Sequence record: SRR20825019_2015
Direction: 5' to 3' (one strand)
DNA length: 56,946 nt
Shown here: positions 48,749 to 56,946 of the stretch, piece after piece
Numbering within the stretch: position 1 is the first letter of the stretch
Layout: each line of letters begins with the position of its first letter
Program-made: the position numbers and the translations under genes
The notes under the pieces: model-generated
Database searches by the model: none
The model's input: only the letters and a program-made list of their open reading frames with translations
Told to the model about the DNA's origin: nothing

Positions 48749-48831
48749 ACGTTTGTTTTAAGCTAATTTTTAGTTTTTTGTGTGCGTTTAGTTGTACTAC
48801 TCAGTGCGTTTTCGTTTGTTTTTCATGGTAT

Positions 48832-50634
48832 TTATTTTAGAAATGCGTTTATGACTTTGGCCCTACCTTGACCCAAATTTTTCAACTTGAAGCTTTTAGC
48901 AGCAGCTGGAACAACAAAAGTTTCGGCATAAGCAAGTGTTTCCACATGACCGTTTTCAGTTTCCAATTGAATCCGGTCCCCTTCGACCAACATCATTACC
49001 TGACATGAGTTTTCGGTGCTTCTTTCAATAATTGCATCGAATTCAAGTCTTCTGACGTCATAGAAATGATCGGGATGGGTTGGGTAATTGGTAATGGAAT
49101 GATCCGAGGTCTCTTCGGCCACATAAGTTTTAGAGAAAAGCTCCTTGGGTACATTTTCTCCTTTTCTATCAAAATTCAGGTTCTTAAAGGCATGCTCAAT
49201 ATTGATAGGACGTGGCTTTCCATTGAGGTCCAATCGCAACCAATCGTACATTTTGAAGGTGAAAATATATGGGGTGGCACTGATTTCCAGCACCATATTA
49301 CCAGAACCTGCACTGTGTACGGTTCCATTGGGAATAAGGTAAAGCTCATGCTTTTTGGAAGGGTGCTTTTGCACATAGTCGACAATGTCCAATTCAACAT
49401 TCTCATCCTGACTACGTATAAGGTCTGCCTTAAATGCTTCTGGATCTATGTCGTTTTGAAATCCCAGATAAACACTGGCATCTTCCTTACAGTCCAAAAT
49501 ATAATAGCATTCATCCTGTGTTATGTTCTCCCCAAATTCTTCTTGAATATACGTAAGGCTGGGGTGACATTGAATGGATAGATTCCCTCCTTCATAGGTA
49601 TCCAAAAAATTGAAGCGAATGGGAAACTCGGTTCCAAAGGTTGGTTCATGCTTGCCCAACACATTTTTGGATTCTTGGTCCATCAGAAAATCAAAAGAAA
49701 TCTCGAGAAGGTTACCATCACTTTCAAAAAGCAGTCCATTTTCGGGAACGATCAAAGAAAATGCCCAAGCATAATTGACGACATCTTTGTTCAAACCAGA
49801 TATGTGCTCCTTCATCCATTCACCTCCCCATGCTCCTGGCTCAAACCAAGGCCTTACCCTGAATACAGAAGTGGCCAGCACTTTAAGAGCTTCCTTGATA
49901 TCGTTCATGTGTGACCATGTAATCGTACCGCTGAACTGCGCATCTACAATGACATCTATTTTGGAGGCCAATCTCTCTTTCTCTTGGTTCAAAACCACCC
50001 AGTCAATAAAGTAGTAATGTTTGTACATTTTAAAATCCACATTGGAAGTGGATATACCCAAATTGGTTACTGAACCAGCCCTCATTCGGTACTGCAATTC
50101 ATTTTTTGGCAAATCAAAATAAACCAACGGGCAATCCCAATCCACTAAACTGGCACCGCTCCCGTAAACTATATTGATTACACTTTGATCATTGGGCTTG
50201 ACAGTCTTGAGCTTTTCCTTATCAAAATAATCCAAAAGGGAAAAATCACATTTTCTCCCCCATACCGATTCCTCTTCCCCTAAAAAGGGAGCGACCATGG
50301 ATGCAATTTCATTTTCATCCTTTAAACATTCCTCAATTGCGATGGCATTGACTGTAAAACCCTTGCTCTTGACGGCATCACATATTTTATGGGCCACAAT
50401 CTCCCATGCCACCCCTGAAAATCCATCAAAGCAAACTGTTTTGTGTTTGATGATAAAATCTGCAAGCCCTTCATAACCTTCGAAGATTTTTCCGCTTTCC
50501 ATATGATGTCGTGGATAAATATCATATTGGCCATCTTGATGCAGGCTTGAAACTTGAGTAGGGGGTAATATATATTGGTCGGTCTTACGCTTTATTCCCA
50601 ATGTGCTTTTGCTTTTTTCTTCGTTCTGAATCAT
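48832..50634 (-). CDS. Class I mannose-6-phosphate isomerase with long N-terminal extension
   Basis: PGAWGG, NLSIQCHP, QDECYY, PNGTVHSAG, VLEIS, MYDWLR. Confidence 0.88.
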   Translation of the reverse strand: MIQNEEKSKSTLGIKRKTDQYILPPTQVSSLHQDGQYDIYPRHHMESGKIFEGYEGLADFIIKHKTVCFDGFSGVAWEIVAHKICDAVKSKGFTVNAIAIEECLKDENEIASMVAPFLGEEESVWGRKCDFSLLDYFDKEKLKTVKPNDQSVINIVYGSGASLVDWDCPLVYFDLPKNELQYRMRAGSVTNLGISTSNVDFKMYKHYYFIDWVVLNQEKERLASKIDVIVDAQFSGTITWSHMNDIKEALKVLATSVFRVRPWFEPGAWGGEWMKEHISGLNKDVVNYAWAFSLIVPENGLLFESDGNLLEISFDFLMDQESKNVLGKHEPTFGTEFPIRFNFLDTYEGGNLSIQCHPSLTYIQEEFGENITQDECYYILDCKEDASVYLGFQNDIDPEAFKADLIRSQDENVELDIVDYVQKHPSKKHELYLIPNGTVHSAGSGNMVLEISATPYIFTFKMYDWLRLDLNGKPRPINIEHAFKNLNFDRKGENVPKELFSKTYVAEETSDHSITNYPTHPDHFYDVRRLEFDAIIERSTENSCQVMMLVEGDRIQLETENGHVETLAYAETFVVPAAAKSFKLKNLGQGRAKVINAFLK

Positions 50635-50661
50635 TAAATCAATAAATAAATTATAATGTAC

Positions 50662-50682
50662 TTATGTACAAACATAATAATT
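50662..50682. promoter_or_regulatory. Putative GntR operator, copy 1
   Basis: TTATGTACAAACATAATAATT with palindromic core TTATGT-N4-ACATAA, upstream of the isomerase-susC operon. Confidence 0.65.
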
Positions 50683-50778
50683 TATTTTATTTAAATCATG
50701 CTATTTTAATAAAAAGTTGCTTTTATAATTTGGAAAGTGCTTGGTTATCGAGGATAATATTAGGAATTTAACAATTCC

Positions 50779-51507
50779 CTATCGACTACTTTCAACCGAA
50801 TAAATAAAACTATCGGATTTATAATAGCCAAAATTGAACTCAATGGGTCGTTCCCCTTGATCAAAAACAAATCGTTTTCTGAACAACACAGGAGTTCCTA
50901 TTTCAATCTCAAGTTTTTGGGACACCAACTCATTGGATGCTGTTGCACTGATTTCTTCTTTGGATAGTGACGCTATTGTTGAATGCTCTTGTTCAAGCAT
51001 TTCATACAGGGGCATTTTAAAATCTTCTTCGCCTGTTAGCCCAATTCGGGGATGAAAGTAGGATACAAAATAAACAAAAGGCTCGTCTGGCTTTCCTCTT
51101 ACCCGTTCCATCTTAAGAACTTTTTTATCTTCAGGAATATTAAAAAAGTCAACAACATTGGAGGGGGGTTTTACCCAACTTAAATGCAGTTCAAAATTCC
51201 TTATCGGAATCCCCCTTACTTTCATTTCCTGCGAAAAGCTCAACCAATTATTGGAACGCGAACTTACAGGTTGCGGTGCAACTCGAGTACCTGCCTTTTT
51301 CTTCCTTACCAACAGCCCCTCAAATACAAGCTTTTTGACTGCTTGCCTCACGGTAGATCTGGAGATTGCCAGTCGTTTGCTCAATTCAACTTCGCTGGGA
51401 AGTGTCTTTCCTTTTTGGTACTCCTCCTGTGCTATTAATTCACGGAGCAATTGCTCAACTTGGGCGTGCAAAGGAACTGGACTTTTGTGGTCTATTTCAA
51501 ATTTCAT
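50779..51507 (-). CDS. GntR-family (HutC/UTRA) regulator
   Basis: LPSEVELSKRLAISRSTVRQAV…GTRV, then a UTRA-like C-domain. Confidence 0.94.
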   Translation of the reverse strand: MKFEIDHKSPVPLHAQVEQLLRELIAQEEYQKGKTLPSEVELSKRLAISRSTVRQAVKKLVFEGLLVRKKKAGTRVAPQPVSSRSNNWLSFSQEMKVRGIPIRNFELHLSWVKPPSNVVDFFNIPEDKKVLKMERVRGKPDEPFVYFVSYFHPRIGLTGEEDFKMPLYEMLEQEHSTIASLSKEEISATASNELVSQKLEIEIGTPVLFRKRFVFDQGERPIEFNFGYYKSDSFIYSVESSR

Positions 51508-51625
51508 TTGGCGTCTAAATTATAATACTGCTTTTTAATGTTTGCACATACAATCAAAAATAACACTATATCAGCGTTTTTCATTTATATGCATCAACAT
51601 TTAAAAGAAACCTGGGAATACTCTA

Positions 51626-54088
51626 TTAGTTATGTACATAGTTGTCCTTTGACAAATTCCTGCCATCCGGTCCTATGATTTTTACATCTAATCCCAATCC
51701 ACCCTTAGCTTGGAAATAATGGAGCGAAAGTTTATGATATCCTTTTTGAAGCGGTAGATCTATCGTTTTGGTATCCATGGCGTGGTGCCCATCATGTTCA
51801 ATGACCTTCTTATCATTGATCCATAGCATGGAACCATCGTCCGATGTCAAATGAAAGGTATAAATACCATCCTCCATAAGGCGAACGTACCCATCGAAAG
51901 TCAAGCCAAAATCGCTCTCCCTAGTTGCTTTGTCCAAATCAATGCCGTCTGCAATACCCGACTTCAATGATTCGAGTTGACTAAAATCTGGTAGATAATC
52001 CCATTGCCCTTGGTAATAGGAATATTTCAAACCGTTCTGAAAATCTTCACCCAATTGAAACTGTGGGGGATTCAAGGAGTCTACTTTTTCAAACTGCTTC
52101 TGCGTTACTTTACTCTTTTCATCACCATCTATAGACCTTGCCTTCAGCAATGATGTTGCTTTGACCCATATGGGTTTGGTATATTTATTTGAACTCTCTG
52201 TTGGATCTGAACCGTCTAGCGTGTAGTATATGGTCTCTCCTTTTCGATTTGCCAATGCGACTTTCTCATTCTCCAAAAACATAGAGTGATCGGAAGAAAT
52301 GACTACCGGGGAAACCATATTATCGTTATGAACATTATAAAGGAATTCCACAGGCAATTTTATGATTTCGCGATCATAGGTTACCAGACCATTTACTTCC
52401 CCTTCCACATCGGATAGCTGCGTGTACACCACTGCGCTTGCCGCATTGCCCTGTTTCATTTGCCATACATTGTCCCACAGCTCTGCGTAAGAGTTTTTAA
52501 ATTCCAAGGTATCCGTCATTTCACGGTAACCCCAATTGTTCTCCTGCCATAGATGTTCTGGAACCGCCAATCCAAGGCCTCCAAATTCCCCCAATACGGT
52601 CGCCCGCTTTTCTTCCACCGGATAAATATCGGGGCCGGGATAGCTGTGCATGTCTATAATATCCCCAACGTTATAATCTGTCCAACCGCTGGCATTGCTC
52701 ACCAATCTTGTTTCATCCATATCTTCTACCCAATGGGTAAGCCTTTCTGTGTCGTATTGTCCCCACCCTTCATTAAAAATGACCCACATGACGATACTCG
52801 GGTAGTTATAAAGGTCATCCACCATGGCTTTGAGTTCACTTTCAAACTGCTGTTTGTCTTTCGGGGTGAGCCTTTCTTCAAAATCTTCGTGTGGGTAAAC
52901 TTGCGGCATATCTTGCCAAACCAGCATTCCCAATTTATCGCATAGGTAATACCAACGTTGGCTTTCGGTTTTTGCATGTTTGCGCAACAAGTTAAAGCCC
53001 ATCTTTTTAAAGGTTTCAATATCCCATATATAAGCTTCTTCTGTAGGGGGGGTCATCAAACCATCCGGCCAGTACCCTTGATCCAGAACACCGACCTGAA
53101 AATAAGGTTCGTTGTTCAATAGTATCTTGGTATCATTGTTTTTATCTTTTCCCAAACTGATTTTACGCATGGCCACGTAACTGGAAAACTCATCGGTTAT
53201 GGAACCATTATTGACCAATTGTACTTCCAAATCATACAGAAAAGGCTGCTCTGGGCTCCATAATTTTGGCTCTGGAACTTCGAGTATAATATGATCTCCT
53301 GGGGAGCCTTCTGTTTCGGCAACCAAATGATCTCCATCTTTTAGGACCAACTTGATGGTTCCATTTCCTTCTGTGGCTTCAGCAAAAAAATCAATTTGAC
53401 CTTTATCGATATCCGATTCCACTTTGAAGGACTGGATGTGGTTGGTTGAAACTGGTTCGACCCATACCGTTTGCCAAATACCGGTCGTGGAAGTATAAAA
53501 AATTCCTTCAGGTTTTTTGACCTGTTTTCCCACGGGCTGTAAACCATCATTGGAAGCATCATGAACTCTGACCATCAATTCCTGCTCACCTTTAGTTAGA
53601 TACTTGGTAATGTTAAATGAAAAGTGATCGAAGGCGCCCTTATGCTCTCCCACTTTTTGTGTGTTGACATAAATGGTTGCGTCATAATCGACGCCCTCAA
53701 AATTCAATATGACTTGATCATCCCAATCCTCCGGTACCGTAAATGTTTTGCGATAGAGAAGGTCATCCGTTTTTTCTTGGACTGCGGAGAGATAGGATTC
53801 CACCGCGAATGGCACTAAAATAGTATCTGAAAGAACAGTGCCAAAAGAAATATCTTGCTTTGGAGAAGTATCAACTTGCCAATACCCGTTTAGATTCATC
53901 CATTCCTTACGTTGTTGAATAGGTCGGGGATACTCGGGCAAAACATGGTTTGGGTCTACCTGATCGGTCCATCTGGTTTTTAAAATGGCTTCGGAACCCA
54001 TGTTCGACCCATCTTTTTTTTCCTCCATTTTACAGCTAGTCAACAAAAGAAGGAATAACAGTCCTGTTTGTAAAAGGTATGATTTCAT
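51626..54088 (-). CDS. GH2 glycoside hydrolase with Fn3/CHB_HEX_C-like and PA14 domains (lipoprotein)
   Basis: LNFEGVDY, LDQGYWPDG, WVIFNEGWG, LGEFGG; IYYTLDGSDPT; YTFHLTSDDGS. Confidence 0.9.
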   Translation of the reverse strand: MKSYLLQTGLLFLLLLTSCKMEEKKDGSNMGSEAILKTRWTDQVDPNHVLPEYPRPIQQRKEWMNLNGYWQVDTSPKQDISFGTVLSDTILVPFAVESYLSAVQEKTDDLLYRKTFTVPEDWDDQVILNFEGVDYDATIYVNTQKVGEHKGAFDHFSFNITKYLTKGEQELMVRVHDASNDGLQPVGKQVKKPEGIFYTSTTGIWQTVWVEPVSTNHIQSFKVESDIDKGQIDFFAEATEGNGTIKLVLKDGDHLVAETEGSPGDHIILEVPEPKLWSPEQPFLYDLEVQLVNNGSITDEFSSYVAMRKISLGKDKNNDTKILLNNEPYFQVGVLDQGYWPDGLMTPPTEEAYIWDIETFKKMGFNLLRKHAKTESQRWYYLCDKLGMLVWQDMPQVYPHEDFEERLTPKDKQQFESELKAMVDDLYNYPSIVMWVIFNEGWGQYDTERLTHWVEDMDETRLVSNASGWTDYNVGDIIDMHSYPGPDIYPVEEKRATVLGEFGGLGLAVPEHLWQENNWGYREMTDTLEFKNSYAELWDNVWQMKQGNAASAVVYTQLSDVEGEVNGLVTYDREIIKLPVEFLYNVHNDNMVSPVVISSDHSMFLENEKVALANRKGETIYYTLDGSDPTESSNKYTKPIWVKATSLLKARSIDGDEKSKVTQKQFEKVDSLNPPQFQLGEDFQNGLKYSYYQGQWDYLPDFSQLESLKSGIADGIDLDKATRESDFGLTFDGYVRLMEDGIYTFHLTSDDGSMLWINDKKVIEHDGHHAMDTKTIDLPLQKGYHKLSLHYFQAKGGLGLDVKIIGPDGRNLSKDNYVHN

Positions 54089-54153
54089 AATCTATTAAAT
54101 GAGTTTCGGTTGTTCTATCTAAGGTATTTGTTTTATGACAATGAGCATTGCTA

Positions 54154-56340
54154 TTAATTCTTTGTTCGAATTAAAACCTCTCCTCCCCTTTCAAATATGG
54201 AGTGATCAATAAAGTAGGCATCTATTTTTGTTCCATCGACATGTATGCCTTTGATTTCTCTCGTGTCCCCTTCCCTAATGAGCTTCAAAGTCTTATCATC
54301 CTTCAAGTGCCAGGTTACCGTGTCAAAAATGGGAACAGTAACCAAGTATTCAGGGTCCGTAGGGGAAAACGGATATAGACCCAATGCATTGAATACGTAC
54401 CAGGAAGACATTTCCCCCGCATCATCCATACCGGAAAGTGCCAGTCCTTCTTTACCAATTCCATAATAATCGGACAATAACTTATCGATGAATGCTTGTG
54501 ATTTCTCTGGCTTATCAATAAAATAATAGGAGAACGGAGCTTCGTGCCCTGGTTGGTTTCCTTGGCTATATTGCCCCATAAACCCAGAAACATTTCGTGC
54601 AATATGGTTGGGGTTCCATTTATAGGAAAAAAGCGAGTCCAGTTTTTCCTCAAACTTTTCACTGCTTCCATATTGGTCGATAAGGCCATGCATATCGTGG
54701 GGTACAAAAAAAGAAACCTGCCAGGCATTTGCCTCTCTGTACATATACTCGTAATAAGGGTATTCTGGATTGAAGGGAGTGATCCAATCACCATTTGCCA
54801 ATCTACCGCGCATAAAATTGGTTTTCTGGTCGAATACGTTCTTATAGTTGTTAGATCTTTCAAATAAATCATTTTGGTGTTCCGAATCACCCATTTCCTT
54901 TGCCAATAACGAAAGGGAATAATCATCATAGGCAAATTCCAAGGTTTTGGACACCCCAGCCTTTCCTTTGGATTCGGTGTTGGGCTCCTCTATTTTGGGG
55001 TCTGAAATATACCCGAGTTCCATATACTCTTTTATATACGGACGAGTTCCTCCTTCTTTATAAGCATTGTTAAGTAGAAGCTCATATGCTTTTTCCACAT
55101 CAAAATCTTTTATGCCACGCAAATAAGACCCTGTTATAAAAGATGCTGCATGATCTCCGTGGAAAAATGTAGGGATAAATCCGGTAACCTTACCCCTGTC
55201 GATAAGGGATTCGATAACATCTGATGTTACTTCTGGCCTTAAAATCTCCATCAACACTACTTTATTTCTATAAGTATCCCATAATGAAGGTATGGTGTAA
55301 TACTGAAAATCCTTATTCTGAATATTACCCGAAGCATCCACAAAGTCTCCATTGCTGTCACTTCTTAATGCTGGCCATAAAAAAGATTTATAAAGGGAGG
55401 TGTAGAAGATTTCCTTTTCCTTTTCGGATCCGCCGGTAACCTCAATTTGATTTAGGAAATCCGACCATATTTTTTTCCCCTCACCAAACACTTCATCAAA
55501 AGATTTAGACCCAACCTCTTTATCCAAATTCAGCTTTGCATTATCAACGTTCACATAGGACAATCCCATCTTCATGGTAACTTTTTCTTTACTATTGTCC
55601 TTTAAATGTACAATCGCATATCCTTTGGGTTTTCCAAGGTTGGTCGATGCAATGCTATCAATAGCACCATCGATTCGGGCAAAAAAATGAATTTTATCTC
55701 TTCCCACCTTCTGAAAACCACTGATTTCGTTGGATGATACTTTGGAAATCTCCCAATCGGAAACATGGTTGTTGGCAGTTCCCAAATCAAACAATATTCT
55801 TTTTCCATCGGCCTTCCCATATTGATATTCATGTATGGCGGCCCTAAGTGTTGAAGTCAATCTTACATTGATATCATAATTCTGTAAATGAACCTGATAG
55901 AAATCGGGGGAAGCCGATTCATTATCATGTGAAAAAGTCCCTTTGTAGGGTGCTTTTGCCCGGGAAGAAATAGGCAGAACTGGTAGATTGCATAAATTCC
56001 AGTGTCCCTTGTTGGTATGGGCAAATCCCAAAATTTCAGTATCCTCATACTCGTAACCTGCTCCTGTACCATATTCCGTGATTGGACTTAGCTGTACCAT
56101 AGCGTTTGGCAATGATGACCCTGGGTAAGTCAAACCTGCCCAAACCCTCCAATCCTTTGGAGGAGTATATCCTATAATTTCCTCATCCAACAGAGGAGCT
56201 GTTCCTATAAATGTATTAACATATTCGTAAGGTGTTTTATCAAGATCTGCAGGTTCACCATCTGACTTGGTCTTATCCGTTTTACACGAACTTAATATCA
56301 CGGATATACATAGAAACAGTATAGGTTGTTTAATTTTCAT
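54154..56340 (-). CDS. GH92 alpha-mannosidase (lipoprotein)
   Basis: YVNTFIGT, SLWDTYR, SKTLEFAYDD, YREANAWQ, QGNQPGH, DDAGEMSSWY; start set at ATG 56340. Confidence 0.94.
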   Translation of the reverse strand: MKIKQPILFLCISVILSSCKTDKTKSDGEPADLDKTPYEYVNTFIGTAPLLDEEIIGYTPPKDWRVWAGLTYPGSSLPNAMVQLSPITEYGTGAGYEYEDTEILGFAHTNKGHWNLCNLPVLPISSRAKAPYKGTFSHDNESASPDFYQVHLQNYDINVRLTSTLRAAIHEYQYGKADGKRILFDLGTANNHVSDWEISKVSSNEISGFQKVGRDKIHFFARIDGAIDSIASTNLGKPKGYAIVHLKDNSKEKVTMKMGLSYVNVDNAKLNLDKEVGSKSFDEVFGEGKKIWSDFLNQIEVTGGSEKEKEIFYTSLYKSFLWPALRSDSNGDFVDASGNIQNKDFQYYTIPSLWDTYRNKVVLMEILRPEVTSDVIESLIDRGKVTGFIPTFFHGDHAASFITGSYLRGIKDFDVEKAYELLLNNAYKEGGTRPYIKEYMELGYISDPKIEEPNTESKGKAGVSKTLEFAYDDYSLSLLAKEMGDSEHQNDLFERSNNYKNVFDQKTNFMRGRLANGDWITPFNPEYPYYEYMYREANAWQVSFFVPHDMHGLIDQYGSSEKFEEKLDSLFSYKWNPNHIARNVSGFMGQYSQGNQPGHEAPFSYYFIDKPEKSQAFIDKLLSDYYGIGKEGLALSGMDDAGEMSSWYVFNALGLYPFSPTDPEYLVTVPIFDTVTWHLKDDKTLKLIREGDTREIKGIHVDGTKIDAYFIDHSIFERGGEVLIRTKN

Positions 56341-56428
56341 GGCATTGGTTAAAAAGAGATGAAACACCCGCTTGTTGAATGATCAGCAATTATTTCATCT
56401 AAATAAATATGGAGGATATTTTTCGTTA

Positions 56429-56449
56429 TTATGTACGAACATAATAATT
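56429..56449. promoter_or_regulatory. Putative GntR operator, copy 2
   Basis: TTATGTACGAACATAATAATT, 20/21 identical to 50662-50682. Confidence 0.65.
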
Positions 56450-56946
56450 AATTTTGATACTTCAACTTTTCTGCTCAAAAAATAGCTGGATTGCATTAGT
56501 GTAACTTACTTGTAGAATACCACCTATTATCCACTAAGACCTTGTTGTAAGTACTCTGGTTAAACCCTTGCTTTTCTATACTGATACGTACATGGATAAG
56601 AACAAGGCCGTTGTTTTTTTATAGTTTTTTAGTGGAAACCAGTACTGAATATGTTGGAGTATTTTATCTGCCCAACTACCCATAAAAACAGTAATGATTT
56701 AAAGCTATTTGTTTTCAACTTTAAAAACTTAATTACTGATCCTCAAAGGCAATCTATAATTCAACGCTTTGTAACACTTTCTATAAAAATGTAACCAACA
56801 AATACTATATCTAAATTTTTTGTAGCTTAATTATCCTTAAAACTTAGGGATGTATGTTCATGTTAACGGGACGAGAATAATATTGATACCTTATTTGATG
56901 ACCTGTAACCCTCCCTTTTTTCAGGACAATTGACATATTCTCATTA

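Noticed and set aside
137-56072. Numerous 60-230 aa ORFs overlapping the called genes (e.g. 9104-9568, 20452-20907, 32724-33407, 49066-49581, 54315-54935)
   Set aside because: Antisense or alternate-frame shadows of well-supported genes with no recognisable motifs.
1-56946. CRISPR array, tRNA/rRNA genes, IS elements, oriT/relaxase
   Set aside because: No regularly spaced repeats, RNA-gene signatures, transposase or relaxase motifs seen by eye.
56450-56946. AT-rich terminal stretch as gene or ncRNA
   Set aside because: No ORF of 60 aa or more and no convincing structure; probably intergenic.

Overview
Bacteroidota (Flavobacteriaceae-like) DNA in two blocks. (1) About 1-28350 is the right part of a CTnDOT-like integrative conjugative element (ICE). 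It holds the 3' end of traD, then an AT-rich four-gene defence operon inserted in reverse between traD and traE: Gabija gajA-gajB, Shedu sduA, and an uncharacterised ~1086-aa protein with a Cap4/DUF4297-like nuclease N-terminus and TPR-like body. Next come the traE-traQ operon, two excisionase-like HTH genes, a pseudo-receiver gene behind a structured leader, and a minus-strand ssb-DUF932-PRTRC (E1/E2/ubiquitin-like) operon. That operon is preceded by a ~340-nt imperfect hairpin with the geometry of a single-stranded-DNA promoter. An IntDOT-type integrase and a probable att end close the element. (2) About 28500-56946 is apparent host DNA: an atypical SDR, a nonsense-interrupted AraC gene, an RND efflux triplet, a frameshifted secreted protein, and an alpha-mannan-type polysaccharide utilisation locus (GH92, MFS, ROK, GH76, SusE/D/C, mannose-6-P isomerase, GntR, GH2-PA14, GH92). 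Best leads are the composite defence operon with its unknown fourth gene, and the hairpin-driven ubiquitin-like operon with no JAB protease in the window. All calls come from reading motifs by eye; no searches or folding programs were run.
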